NCBI GenBank assembly: GCA_965198225.1
Contig: CBDAOY010000008.1
Span: 800,001 to 864,000, forward strand
DNA length: 64,000 bases
Reading direction: 5' to 3'
Source of the DNA: Terriglobia bacterium
GTDB lineage: Bacteria > Acidobacteriota > Terriglobia > 20CM-2-55-15
This document shows positions 20,012 through 30,113 of this stretch, in pieces. The position numbers and the translations under genes are program-made. How positions within the stretch are numbered: the stretch's first letter is position 1; every line of letters starts with the position of its first letter. The notes beneath the pieces were generated by a model. The model was given only the letters and a program-made list of their open reading frames with translations. It did no database searches and was not told where the DNA came from.

Positions 20012-20174
20012 TAGTTCGTAGGAAGTATCAAGGTCATGCGTTTCCGCATGCAACCAGATTACGCCGGGCCGGTCGGGAAAGTTCAAGTTATTTGTATAGA
20101 GGGTTTTCGACGACAGGGCTACACTTGTCCCCTCACCCTGTCCTTGCCTGAGCCGGGTCGAGCGGGAGGAACCA

Positions 20175-21059
20175 ATGGCAGGCCGCGTTCGAATCTTGGT
20201 GTCGAGACATGCCGCCTTCTACACCCCTTTGATCGTCACGATCGCGGGAGGCTTTCTCCGAGAGGAGGGTCTGGCTTCGACTTACGCCGTAAAGCCCGTG
20301 GATCGGGGCACTTTCGACATTCTCGCAGCGGGCGAAGTCGATGTCGTACAAGCCGCGGTGTCCTCAAACTGGGCGCGGATGGAGAAGGGAGTCCCCGATC
20401 TCCCGGCACATTTCGCCCAGATCAACCGTCGTGACGGGTTCTGGATCGCTGCCCGTGAGGCAGGATCGTTTGACTGGAAGGATCTGGAGGGGAAGAACCT
20501 GCTGGCCGATCACGGCCCCCAGCCGATGGCCATGCTGCGGTACGCAGGGTCAGGGCAGGGGGTGGATTGGGACAAAGTGACCCTCGTCGACGCCGGCGGA
20601 CCGGGCGACATCGATGCCGCGTTCAGAGCAGGACAGGGCGATTTCGTCCACCAGCAGGGGCCGGCGCCCCAGCAACTGGAAGACGATGGGGTGGGCTACG
20701 TCGTCGCGTCGGTGGGGCAGGCCATGCCGCCCGTCGCCTTCAGCAGCCTGATGGCATCCCATGATTTCCTGAAGACCGCAATCGCAAAGGCTTTCATGCG
20801 GGCCTACCGAAGGGCGCTGGCCTGGCTCCAGAAGGCCACGGCGAGCACCATAGCGGCTCGGGAAGCGGCATACTTTCCCGATGTCCCGGCGCCGGTCCTC
20901 ACTCGCGCGATCGCGGCCTACAAAGAAATCGGTTGCTGGTCTGAGGATCCCGCAATCCCGGAGCCGGAGTACAATCGATCCCTGGATGTCTTCCTGGCTG
21001 CCGGCGCCATTACGAAACGACATGCTTTCGGGGAAGTCGTCGTCCCCCCGCCTGGCTAG
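20175..21059 (+). CDS. NMT1/THI5/SsuA-like substrate-binding protein
   Basis: AFYTPL...GGFLREEGL and WKDLEGK pattern. No cognate permease adjacent, no clear signal peptide. Confidence 0.75.
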   Translation: MAGRVRILVSRHAAFYTPLIVTIAGGFLREEGLASTYAVKPVDRGTFDILAAGEVDVVQAAVSSNWARMEKGVPDLPAHFAQINRRDGFWIAAREAGSFDWKDLEGKNLLADHGPQPMAMLRYAGSGQGVDWDKVTLVDAGGPGDIDAAFRAGQGDFVHQQGPAPQQLEDDGVGYVVASVGQAMPPVAFSSLMASHDFLKTAIAKAFMRAYRRALAWLQKATASTIAAREAAYFPDVPAPVLTRAIAAYKEIGCWSEDPAIPEPEYNRSLDVFLAAGAITKRHAFGEVVVPPPG

Positions 21060-21139
21060 GGTCTCAAGTAATAAATGAGACTAGTGCCTGCAAATACTGA
21101 TACTACATTATTTAAATCGAACACGGTGGAGTTGTCGAA

Positions 21140-22507
21140 GTGCCGATCGAATCATTGAACCCATACAGCGGTAAAACGATCAAGACGTATGAAGAGTACG
21201 CCCCGGATCGGGTAGACGAGATGCTTCGAGCAGCCGAGTCTGCCCACCGGAGTTGGCGTCAGAGCAGCTTCGACCAGCGTGGGGAGCCCATGAGGCGGGC
21301 CGGGGCGATCCTTCGGGACCGGAAGGAAGAATACGCCCGGCTGATTGCCTGCGAGATGGGCAAGCCTCTGGCCCAAGGCCGCGCCGAAGCGGACAAATGC
21401 GCCTGGGGGTGCGACTACTATGCCGAGAACGCGGCCGCTTTCCTCGAACCCGAAGAAGTGGCGACCGATGCGGTCCGAAGCAGGGTCGAGTTTGAGCCCC
21501 TGGGTGTCGTCCTGGCAGTGATGCCGTGGAATTTCCCGTTCTGGCAGGTGTTCCGGTTTGCGGCGCCTGCGATCATGGCTGGAAACGCAGCCGTCCTGAA
21601 GCATGCCTCGAGCGTTCCCGGCAGCGCGGTCGCGATCGAGGATGTGATGCGTGATGCCGGGTTCCCCGACGGGCTGTTCCAGACGCTCCTGATCGGCTCC
21701 GCGGCCGTCGATCGCGTTATCGAGAACCCGATCATAAAAGCCGTCACGCTGACCGGCAGCACGCCGGCGGGAAAGGCCGTGGCTGCGAAAGCCGGTTCGG
21801 AGTTGAAAAAGACGGTCCTGGAGTTGGGTGGAAGCGATCCGTATCTCATCCTCGACGAGTCCAGCCTGGAGGAGACGGCCGAAAACTGCAGCGCAGCCCG
21901 TTTGGTCAACGGCGGCCAGAGCTGCGTCGCAGCGAAACGTTTCATCGTTCTCGATTCGCTCCGGGAACGATTCGAAGCGTTGATGGTCGAGAAAATGAAG
22001 GGGTACATGATGGGCGATCCTTTGGAGGACGGCGTTCAGATCGGTCCGCAGGCGCGCCATGATCTGCGTGACCAGCTTCACGACCAGGTCCGCCGCAGTG
22101 TCGATCTCGGGGCACGGGTGCTTCTGGGGGGCAAGGTGCCGCAGGTGGCCGGGGCGTTCTACCCGCCGACAGTGTTGGCGGGTGTCACGAAGGGCATGCC
22201 CGCCTACGACGAGGAGATGTTCGGTCCCGTCGCATCGGTGATTTCCGTCAAGGATGAGGACGAAGCGGTCCGCGTCGCAAACGACACCGTGTACGGTCTT
22301 GGCGCTGCCGTCTATACCAGCGATGAGGCCCAGGCCGAGCGAGTCGCTTCGAGAATCGAAGCCGGCTGCTGCTTCATCAACGGTTTCGTCCGCTCCGATC
22401 CGCGCCTGCCCTTCGGTGGGATCAAGCAATGCGGCTACGGCCGCGAGCTCGCCGCTTACGGCATCCGAGAGTTCGTCAACATCAAGACCATTTACCGGGT
22501 CAAATAG
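21140..22507 (+). CDS. NAD(P)-dependent succinate-semialdehyde dehydrogenase (Sad/GabD1-like)
   Basis: MPWNFPFWQVFRF, LELGGSDP, GQSCVA and EEMFGP motifs. Confidence 0.9.
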   Translation: MPIESLNPYSGKTIKTYEEYAPDRVDEMLRAAESAHRSWRQSSFDQRGEPMRRAGAILRDRKEEYARLIACEMGKPLAQGRAEADKCAWGCDYYAENAAAFLEPEEVATDAVRSRVEFEPLGVVLAVMPWNFPFWQVFRFAAPAIMAGNAAVLKHASSVPGSAVAIEDVMRDAGFPDGLFQTLLIGSAAVDRVIENPIIKAVTLTGSTPAGKAVAAKAGSELKKTVLELGGSDPYLILDESSLEETAENCSAARLVNGGQSCVAAKRFIVLDSLRERFEALMVEKMKGYMMGDPLEDGVQIGPQARHDLRDQLHDQVRRSVDLGARVLLGGKVPQVAGAFYPPTVLAGVTKGMPAYDEEMFGPVASVISVKDEDEAVRVANDTVYGLGAAVYTSDEAQAERVASRIEAGCCFINGFVRSDPRLPFGGIKQCGYGRELAAYGIREFVNIKTIYRVK

Positions 22508-22520
22508 GGCCTTTGACGCG

Positions 22521-22654
22521 TTTGAAATTGGAGATTGCAGATTCGAGATTTGAGATTAGTTGCGGAGCCGGTCCCGGGAGCAGTCGGCCGTCTTGGTCCT
22601 GCCTTTACGTCTTTCAATGTCCGATTTCGAATCTCGAATGATGAAATCTCGAAT
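22521..22654. repeat. AT-rich degenerate heptamer inverted repeat (GAGATTT/AATCTCG type)
   Basis: GAGATTGCAGATTCGAGATTTGAGATT...GATTTCGAATCTCGAATGATGAAATCTCGAAT. Confidence 0.55.
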
Positions 22655-22750
22655 AGCTGTTTTCTTGCTCCCCGTTTACCGGAGTTTCAGTCCAAATACT
22701 TCATGTACACGATGTAGGGTCCCTGGCCGATACTTTGGAGGGAATCAGGC

Positions 22751-24151
22751 ATGAAGCTCGAAAGGCGTACGATTCAAGGTAAATCGACCCATCCGGCAGG
22801 CAGAATCAGCGTCGTAGTCCTGCTGATCCTGGTGTCGGCCGTGCCGGCCGCGGCCCAACGGACGGAGCTCGAGCCCGGCTGGAACCTGTTTTCGCCGCAG
22901 GATGACGTCGAGATGGGTCGCCAGGTCGCGCGGGAAGCGGAAGAGCAGCTGGCGATTATCGACGACCGGGAGCTGGAGCGATACCTGGAGAGGCTGGGGC
23001 AGCAGCTGGCGGCCCAGGCGCCTGGTGAGAAGTATCCGTACCGGTTCAAGCTCGTCAACGACAAGACCGTCAACGCGTTTGCGCTCCCGGGTGGGTTCAT
23101 TTACGTTCACCGGGGGATCGTCGAATTGGCGTCCCGCGAGGCCGAACTGGCCGGCGTGGTCGCCCACGAAATCGGTCATGTCGCGCTCCGGCACGGGACG
23201 AACCAGGCCTCGAAAGCCTACATCACACAGGCGCCCCTGGCGATCCTGGGTAGCGTGTTCGGCGGCGGCGGCGGTGTCGGGTCGATCCTGACACAGCTTG
23301 GCATCGGTTTCACCGCGAATTCCATCTTCCTGAAGTTCTCCCGCGACGCGGAACGGCAGGCCGATCTCCTCGGCGCCCAGATCCTGTTCGACGCGGGCTA
23401 CGATCCGACGGGGATGTCCGAGTTCTTCGAGAAGATGGAAGCTGAGCATGGAAACGGGGCCGAGTTCTTCAGCAGCCATCCCAACCCCGGCAACCGTCTC
23501 GAGAATGTCGGTAAAGAGATCCAGAAACTTGGGGACTCGCCGGGCCGGTACCGCGACAACTTTTCCGACTTTCGGAGAGTCAAGGCCCGTCTCGCCGACA
23601 TTCCCGAGCCCGACCCCCGCGAACGTCGGAACCGGACGAGGGAGCGTACATCCAGGGACCGCCCCGACCGGCCTTCCGGCCGCTACGACCGCTATCAGGA
23701 CCGAGATCTGAGTTTCAGCTACCCGGACAACTGGAGGGTCTATGAAGACCGAAACTCCCTCACCATCGCTCCCGACGGAGGGTTCATCTCCGGCCAAGGA
23801 GGTGGTCTCGCCTACGGAGTCGTGGTTTCGACTTTCGACCCGCGGCGCGACCGGCGCGGCCGCATAACGCTCGAAGAAGCAACCGATCAGTTGATTGAGG
23901 ACTTGAGGATGTCCAACCCCGGCATACGCGTCGGCGCAGGCTACAGGCGCGGGCGACTGAGCGGCCGCGGAGCGCTGTCGGTCGTCATGATCGGGGATTC
24001 CCCTCTCGGTGGGTACGAACGCGACTGGATCGTAACGACATTTGCACCCGACGGTACGTTCTTCTACTTCATCGCCGTTGCGCCCGAGCCCGAATTCCGT
24101 ACGTACGAGAGGACCTTCGAGGCGATCTTCGAATCGATACGATTCCGTTGA
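22751..24151 (+). CDS. Secreted M48 family metalloprotease with extra C-terminal domain
   Basis: Signal peptide, NAFALPGG, HEIGH, ERQAD and SSHP motifs. Confidence 0.9.
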   Translation: MKLERRTIQGKSTHPAGRISVVVLLILVSAVPAAAQRTELEPGWNLFSPQDDVEMGRQVAREAEEQLAIIDDRELERYLERLGQQLAAQAPGEKYPYRFKLVNDKTVNAFALPGGFIYVHRGIVELASREAELAGVVAHEIGHVALRHGTNQASKAYITQAPLAILGSVFGGGGGVGSILTQLGIGFTANSIFLKFSRDAERQADLLGAQILFDAGYDPTGMSEFFEKMEAEHGNGAEFFSSHPNPGNRLENVGKEIQKLGDSPGRYRDNFSDFRRVKARLADIPEPDPRERRNRTRERTSRDRPDRPSGRYDRYQDRDLSFSYPDNWRVYEDRNSLTIAPDGGFISGQGGGLAYGVVVSTFDPRRDRRGRITLEEATDQLIEDLRMSNPGIRVGAGYRRGRLSGRGALSVVMIGDSPLGGYERDWIVTTFAPDGTFFYFIAVAPEPEFRTYERTFEAIFESIRFR

Positions 24152-24180
24152 GACCGTGACAAGTGTCACGCCACGGGCTG

Positions 24181-24723
24181 CTAAAGCTTCTTGAACGTCC
24201 CGAACACAACATCCCAAACGGGGGACGTCACGCCGTAACAATTCCTCTCATCGATGAAATGATGGTAGAAATGGCGCCTTCGGTGCCAATCGACCCCTTG
24301 TGAACGAGAGCTGACGTGTACGCTGTAGTGGACCCACTCGTAGTAGAGGAATCCCGCCCAGAGGCCCATCATCACGCCGGCAGCCGACAAGAGGCTGGCG
24401 GTCCACGCGTGCACGATGGCCAGGATCAGGGCAGAAATCGGAATGCTGAACAGCGGCCGCACCAGGATCTTGTTCGGATTCCTCGGATCGGCGTGATGGG
24501 CCAGATGAAACTGGTAGACGAGTTTGCGCAGGCTCGGGTTGGAAGGGCTCCAGTGAAAGACGAATCGGTGGAGGCCGTACTCCAGAAGAGTCCAGATCAC
24601 TAAGCCCGCTGGTCCCAGCCAGAGATAGTCGACGAAAGACCGCTGCCCCTCGACCTGAGTCGCAGAGTAAACAAGGATCGCCGCAGCCGAAGGATAGAAC
24701 CAGAACGAGCAGAAGCGCACCAT
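24181..24723 (-). CDS. Fatty acid hydroxylase / sterol desaturase family protein
   Basis: His boxes HRFVFH, HLAHH, HYSVH and HFYHH. YGVTSPVWD motif. Confidence 0.9.
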   Translation of the reverse strand: MVRFCSFWFYPSAAAILVYSATQVEGQRSFVDYLWLGPAGLVIWTLLEYGLHRFVFHWSPSNPSLRKLVYQFHLAHHADPRNPNKILVRPLFSIPISALILAIVHAWTASLLSAAGVMMGLWAGFLYYEWVHYSVHVSSRSQGVDWHRRRHFYHHFIDERNCYGVTSPVWDVVFGTFKKL

Positions 24724-24930
24724 TTCCTCAGATTATAGCTATCCGCATAGCCCACCGCGAACCGCCAGCCACTAGCCCGGATTATTCATGAATTGTCTAC
24801 TGCAGCGGCGGATACACTCGCAGATACGGCGTTGCGCTAACGGGCCGGCCTCGGCATTTGATCCAGACACCCCGTCCTCGCGCGCCTTGTCTCTGCCGCG
24901 TCTCCACCGCTTCGCGACGACAACCACGAA

Positions 24931-26055
24931 TTAGACCGGACAAAGCGCGCGACTCAGGTCTTCAATCAGGTCGTCGGGGTGTTCGAGTCCGATCGAGAGA
25001 CGGATCAGGTCGTCGGGCGATGTGGCATCGGCGCCCTCACTCGTCGCCCTGTGTTCGATCAGGCTCTCGATGCCACCCAGAGATGTTGCCCGGATGAACA
25101 GGCGCGAACGACCCACGATCGCGAGAGCGGCTTCCCTGCCGTCCCGAACCCGGAACGACAGCATCGCTCCGAATTCCGACATCTGGGCGGCGGCAAGCTC
25201 GTGGCCGGGGTGAGACTCCAGGCCCGGATAGTGGACCTCCGCGACGTTGGGATGCGACTCCAGCATTCGTGCGACCCTCAGCGCGTTCGCGCTTTGCAGA
25301 GGCATGCGGCAAGCGAGGGTCCGGATGCCACGCAGCACAAGCCAGGAGTTGAAGGGCGAGATGACGGCACCGAGAATGTGTCGGGCGCGCTCTATTGCCG
25401 AATGGAGTTCGTCGGCTTTCCGGAAGACGAGACAACCGCCAGCCACGTCGCTGTGTCCCCCGAAGTATTTCGTCGCGGAATGCAGGACGATGTCGGCTCC
25501 GACTTCGATCGGGCGCTGCAGGACGGGCGTCGCGAAGGTGTTGTCGACCAGTACGCGGGCACCCACCCTTCGGGCCGCGACCACGGCCTGCTCGAGATCG
25601 ACGATCCTCATTAACGGGTTTGACGGCGTCTCGACCCAGACCAGCTTCGTGTTGGCCCGGAGCGCCCGGCCGAGCCCATCCGCGTCGTCCATCGCTACGA
25701 AGTCGGATTCGATGCCCCACTTCGAACAGAACTCCCGCGCGGCCACCGCGAACCCGTAGTACACGTCGTCGGGCATCACAACGTGGTCCCCGGGCTTGAG
25801 CACCTGGAGGACTCCAACCCCGGCGGCCATGCCGGAAGCGAATGCCAGTGCCGTCGCTCCTCCCTCGAGGTCGGCGACCGCCTCCTCGAGGAAGACCTGA
25901 TTCGGGTTCGATTCCCGGATGTAGGTGTGGTCACTGAGGGGTTCCCCCTCCGCGTTGCGGCCGAAAGTTGTCGACAGGTGGATCGGCGGCACGATGTCCC
26001 CGCCCACCGGATCCACAGGGGGACCGGCGTGGACGACACGAGTTGCGAATTTCAT
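24931..26055 (-). CDS. PLP-dependent trans-sulfuration enzyme (cystathionine gamma-synthase/lyase)
   Basis: FASGMAA, ETPSNP, VDNTFATP, HSATKYFGGHSD and SLGGIESL motifs. Confidence 0.93.
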   Translation of the reverse strand: MKFATRVVHAGPPVDPVGGDIVPPIHLSTTFGRNAEGEPLSDHTYIRESNPNQVFLEEAVADLEGGATALAFASGMAAGVGVLQVLKPGDHVVMPDDVYYGFAVAAREFCSKWGIESDFVAMDDADGLGRALRANTKLVWVETPSNPLMRIVDLEQAVVAARRVGARVLVDNTFATPVLQRPIEVGADIVLHSATKYFGGHSDVAGGCLVFRKADELHSAIERARHILGAVISPFNSWLVLRGIRTLACRMPLQSANALRVARMLESHPNVAEVHYPGLESHPGHELAAAQMSEFGAMLSFRVRDGREAALAIVGRSRLFIRATSLGGIESLIEHRATSEGADATSPDDLIRLSIGLEHPDDLIEDLSRALCPV

Positions 26056-26130
26056 ATCCTCTTTTCCTGCGTTCCTATCTGGTTACTGAGGAGTTCCGGC
26101 TAAAAGGCGACAACCATCAGCCTCCGCCAT

Positions 26131-26832
26131 CTATCCGAGTTCCTCGACGCGTGGATCTTTGAGCTTCAGGATCACCGACACGGCGACGACGGCGTACAGC
26201 ACGCAGGCGATGATCAGCGGCCAGAGCAGCCAGGGAAACACGACGAACAGCTCCATCGAAACGTAGGCCTGGATGTAGCACAACGGTGCCATTCCCGCCA
26301 GCGTGCCCAGCATCACCGCTGCCGTCGAGATGCTCGTCAGGCCGGCCGCGTAGGAAACGATGTCAGACGAAGTCAGCGGGTTCACGCGCAACAAGGTGAT
26401 TGCCAGCAGACCACGCCGCTGCAACAGTTCCTCATAGCGGTCCAATTCTCTCTTCGCGAAGAAGTCCCGGCTCCAAGCCTTGCCGACGAGGGTGCGCATC
26501 AGCAGACAGGAGATTCCCGCTCCGATGGTGTTGCCGATCAGGGAGAATGTTCCGCCCCAGAAACCTCCGAAGATGACCCCTCCCGGCAAGTAGAGGATGG
26601 TTCCGGGTATGGGCGCAACGACGACTTCGACGACGACAAAAAGGACGTACGCAAGCGGGGCGAGTGGACCCCATGCCTCGAAGGAGAGACGCAGGGCAAC
26701 GAGTTTGGCCTCTGCGTCGACGTCTGGGTTCATCAGAGTGCCGATGATTCCACCGCTCCAGTAGGACCATGTGACCCACCCGGCCACCAGGCCCAGGCCG
26801 ACGGCCGCCAGCAATCGGTGTCGCCTGCGCAT
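26131..26832 (-). CDS. TVP38/TMEM64 (VTT/DedA superfamily) membrane protein
   Basis: APIPG...GG.IFG and LLRVNPLTSSDIVSYAAGL motifs. Confidence 0.88.
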   Translation of the reverse strand: MRRRHRLLAAVGLGLVAGWVTWSYWSGGIIGTLMNPDVDAEAKLVALRLSFEAWGPLAPLAYVLFVVVEVVVAPIPGTILYLPGGVIFGGFWGGTFSLIGNTIGAGISCLLMRTLVGKAWSRDFFAKRELDRYEELLQRRGLLAITLLRVNPLTSSDIVSYAAGLTSISTAAVMLGTLAGMAPLCYIQAYVSMELFVVFPWLLWPLIIACVLYAVVAVSVILKLKDPRVEELG

Positions 26833-27129
26833 GGAGATTCATTGTAGTGAAAGTGGTGTCCCGGCGGTGGTTTTTCAGCGCGACGGCTACCCGAAAATTC
26901 ATGACACACCTAACCTTATGGAAAAACGAAACGTCTACGTGAGGTTGGGGTGGTTCGCGGCGAAGCCGGCCCGATCGTGCCGAGAAAGTCACGAAACCAA
27001 GCTGGATGAAACACACCCTATTCCGGCCCCGCCAAATCAGTGGTTTAGCGGTCTTACGAGGCCGGTACATCTTTTTACAGGATCGATACAGCCTCGAAGA
27101 TTCTCTGCGGCTCGACACGGCTATATTCG

Positions 27130-28773
27130 ATGGCGATGTCCTCGAAAACGAAGCTGATCTCCCTGGCGGTTGTCGCCGTCATGGTTCCGACAACGATACT
27201 GTCCGTTATCCAGTATCAGTCCCTCCAGGATCTTCAGAGCGCCACGAAACTGGCTGCGCAGCAGAGCCTCCGGCAGGTGTTGAACGGCGTTTCGGGCCGG
27301 GCAGAAGAGGAGTTAGTCTGGGTGGCGGAAAAGGCCGTCGCGGCCATCGACATCAAGGAAGTCAAGCGCGACAACATCCGCCTGATCGAGAGCCACTTCG
27401 AAGACGCGATCCGGGCGAATCTCGAGATCGAAGCACTCTGGCTTTCTTATGAGCCGGATTGTGAGGATGAAGAGTTCGTCGTCATGACAACAGCAAAGGG
27501 GTCGCTCCGGCAAACCTACCCGTGGCTGGCGCGAAACGAGTTCGTCCGGGACACTCGGCAGCTGTTTGAAACGACGAAGGCCAATGCTTATCCGGAAGGA
27601 CGTGTGAGTCGGGAATTCTTCTTCGCGCACCTGTCTGAATGCGAGGGAGAATCATGCCGGAAAGGCCGGGACTTTCAGACGATCGTCTTTTATCCGCTCG
27701 TCTCTTCCGGCCAGTCTCTCGGTTTTGCCGCCGTATCGATCGAGTCGTCCTTCGTCACTGAAGTGTTGTTCGACAAGACGCTGCCGGGTGAGCTGGACGA
27801 GGAGCTCTCCTTCGCGATCTTCGACGAAAACCGGACGGAGCTCTACTCCACTCCGGACGCCTTGAAGAACTACGAGGTCGCCCTCTCGTTCGAGCCGGTC
27901 TTCCCGAAGTGGCGACTCGAAGCGGGCTTTCGCAATACCACGATCGACGCGATCGCCAGTGAAAACTTCGAAAAGAGCCTCGCCCTTTCATTGTTCGTCC
28001 TGTCGCTGCTGATTCTCGGCATAGTTCTGACGCTCCGAGCCACCGCTCGCGAAATGCGCCTGGCGGAAGCCAAATCGACCTTCGTCTCGAATGTTTCCCA
28101 CGAGCTGAAGACACCCCTGGCCCTGATCCGGCTCTTTGCCGAGACGCTGGAACTGGGACGGGTTCGATCCTCAGACAAGGCCAGGGAGTATTACAGGATC
28201 ATCAGCAACGAGAGCCGGAGGCTGACCCAACTGATCAACAACATTCTGGATTTCTCCAGAATCGAGGCCGGGCGGAAGGAATACCAGTTCGAAACCACCA
28301 ATGTGGCGGACGTCGTGCGGGAAGTCATCGAGACCTACCAGCACCCACTCGAGAACGCCGGGTTCGAGATCGTGACCGACATCGAACCCGACTTGCCGGC
28401 AGTCCGGATCGACCGCGACGCAATTTCCCAGGCCGTCCTGAACCTGGTGAACAACGCGGTGAAGTATTCCGACGAAGTCAAACACATCGACATCCGCGTG
28501 CGATCCAGAGGTCCCTGCGTCGCCGTCGAAGTGGTGGACAAGGGCATCGGGATACCAGGCGCCGAGCAGGAGAAGATTTTCGAAAAGTTCTACCGCATCA
28601 GCACCGGCCTGGTTCACGACCGCAAGGGGAGCGGGCTGGGTCTTGCGCTGGTTAGACACATTGTCAAGGCTCACAGCGGTGAGATTGTAGTCGACAGCAC
28701 CCCGGGACACGGAAGTCGGTTCACGGTCCTGATCCCGATGAACCTGGACTCAGGACTCGGGCAGGAAGCGTAA
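27130..28773 (+). CDS. Sensor histidine kinase
   Basis: Two TM segments, H-box [21 protein letters not shown] and GSGLGL. Confidence 0.95.
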   Translation: MAMSSKTKLISLAVVAVMVPTTILSVIQYQSLQDLQSATKLAAQQSLRQVLNGVSGRAEEELVWVAEKAVAAIDIKEVKRDNIRLIESHFEDAIRANLEIEALWLSYEPDCEDEEFVVMTTAKGSLRQTYPWLARNEFVRDTRQLFETTKANAYPEGRVSREFFFAHLSECEGESCRKGRDFQTIVFYPLVSSGQSLGFAAVSIESSFVTEVLFDKTLPGELDEELSFAIFDENRTELYSTPDALKNYEVALSFEPVFPKWRLEAGFRNTTIDAIASENFEKSLALSLFVLSLLILGIVLTLRATAREMRLAEAKSTFVSNVSHELKTPLALIRLFAETLELGRVRSSDKAREYYRIISNESRRLTQLINNILDFSRIEAGRKEYQFETTNVADVVREVIETYQHPLENAGFEIVTDIEPDLPAVRIDRDAISQAVLNLVNNAVKYSDEVKHIDIRVRSRGPCVAVEVVDKGIGIPGAEQEKIFEKFYRISTGLVHDRKGSGLGLALVRHIVKAHSGEIVVDSTPGHGSRFTVLIPMNLDSGLGQEA

Positions 28774-28781
28774 GGAAGGCC

Positions 28782-29462
28782 ATGCAGAAAGTTCTCGTCG
28801 TCGAAGATGAACCGGACATGAGTCTGGGTTTGAAGGACAACCTGGAATTCGAGGGGTACGATGTCGCCGTCGCAAGCGACGGCCAGGAAGGGCTGGACCT
28901 GGCACAGGCAAGCCGTCCCGACTTGATTCTTCTGGACGTGATGCTGCCGAAGATGAGCGGCCTGGACGTCTGCCGCAGCTTGCGCAGCCTGGGGGCCGAC
29001 ATGCCGATCATCATGCTGACGGCGCGCAGCCAGGAGGTCGACACGGTCGTCGGCCTGGAGGTCGGCGCGGACGACTACGTCACCAAACCTTTCAGCATCA
29101 AGGAACTGCTCGCCCGGGTTCGGGCCCAACTGCGTCGGGCCTCAAAGCAGGTCATCGAAGTCGATACTTATACATTTGGTGACGTCGAGCTTTTCTTCAA
29201 GAAACACCAGGCCCGGAAAGCCGGCCAACCGATCGACCTCTCTCCACGTGAATTCGACATGCTCAAATACTTCATCCGACACGCGGGCAACGCGATCAGT
29301 AGAGACGAGTTGCTCAACCATGTCTGGGGGTATACGAGCTTTCCTCTCACGCGCACGGTCGACAATCATGTCGCCAGGCTGCGTCAGAAACTGGAAAACA
29401 CTCCTTCCGAGCCCAAACACATCATCACGGTCCACCGCGTGGGCTACAAGTTCGTCGAGTAG
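28782..29462 (+). CDS. OmpR/PhoB-family response regulator
   Basis: VEDE, LLDVMLP and KPF receiver motifs. Winged-helix RTVDNHV...GYKF. Confidence 0.95.
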   Translation: MQKVLVVEDEPDMSLGLKDNLEFEGYDVAVASDGQEGLDLAQASRPDLILLDVMLPKMSGLDVCRSLRSLGADMPIIMLTARSQEVDTVVGLEVGADDYVTKPFSIKELLARVRAQLRRASKQVIEVDTYTFGDVELFFKKHQARKAGQPIDLSPREFDMLKYFIRHAGNAISRDELLNHVWGYTSFPLTRTVDNHVARLRQKLENTPSEPKHIITVHRVGYKFVE

Positions 29463-29479
29463 GCCGTCAAGCTGGAGGT

Positions 29480-29530
29480 GCCGCGAGAGAGCCACTGTGA
29501 GGGGGACAGGGGTATAGCCCTGTCCCCGGG
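29480..29530. repeat. Repeat family E (GCCGCGAGAGAGCCACTGTGAGGGGGACAGGG...CCCTGTCCCC)
   Basis: First 33 nt identical to 55049-55081. Ends in a GGGGACAGGG/CCCTGTCCCC hairpin. Confidence 0.8.
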
Positions 29531-29575
29531 TTTTGACTACGCAGAAAAGTGGCGGAACGAACGGTACAGGCGGGT

Positions 29576-30079
29576 GTAGGTGCGCTCTATGAGCGCACGT
29601 GTTTCGATTTGAAGAGTGTGCGGTCATAGACCGCACCTACACGTATCGCAAATTGCGATATTTGAAAGAATCCACATTGCAGGTTGCTCATTGGAGATTG
29701 TTTTCATTTCAGATTTCCGACCAATAAGAAATCGAGCAATTTGCAATCTCCAAATTTCCACTGCGGAATCGTCCAGTGACCAATCTGCAATGGCTGTCGG
29801 ACGAGGTCCCCAGCCACCTCACTCGATCGAGTAGAGTGTGCGGTCATAGACCGCACCGACACCTATCGCAATTGCGAGATTTGAAAAGAATCCACATTGC
29901 AGGTTGCTCATTGGAGATTGTTTCATTTCAGATTTCCGACCAATAAGAAATCGAGCAATTTGCAATCTCCAGATTTCCAATGCGGAATCGTCCAATGACC
30001 AATCTGCAATAGCTGTCGGACGAGGTCCCCAGCCATCTCCCTCGATCGAGTAGAGTGTGCGGTCATAGACCGCACCTAC
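29576..30079. repeat. GTAG-type REP cluster with two ~220-bp tandem units (BIME-like)
   Basis: GTGTGCGGTCATAGACCGCACCTAC-type units at 29616, 29836 and 30055, separated by near-identical AT-rich spacers. An inverted REP lies at 29576. Confidence 0.88.
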
Positions 30080-30113
30080 ACGTCATGCAGCGATACAGGC
30101 CGGGATTGCCGGG

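Noticed and set aside
21152-24241. Long antisense ORFs (425 and 498 aa) and similar shadows throughout the window
   Set aside because: These are typical high-GC antisense frames opposite well-supported genes, with no recognisable motifs.
27600-27670. Cys cluster in the kinase sensor domain as a heme c site
   Set aside because: There is no CxxCH motif; more likely a periplasmic disulfide.
29616-30079. Possible CRISPR array (three ~25-bp palindromic direct repeats)
   Set aside because: The spacers are about 195 bp and nearly identical to each other, the repeat is dispersed elsewhere as a REP, and there are no cas genes.
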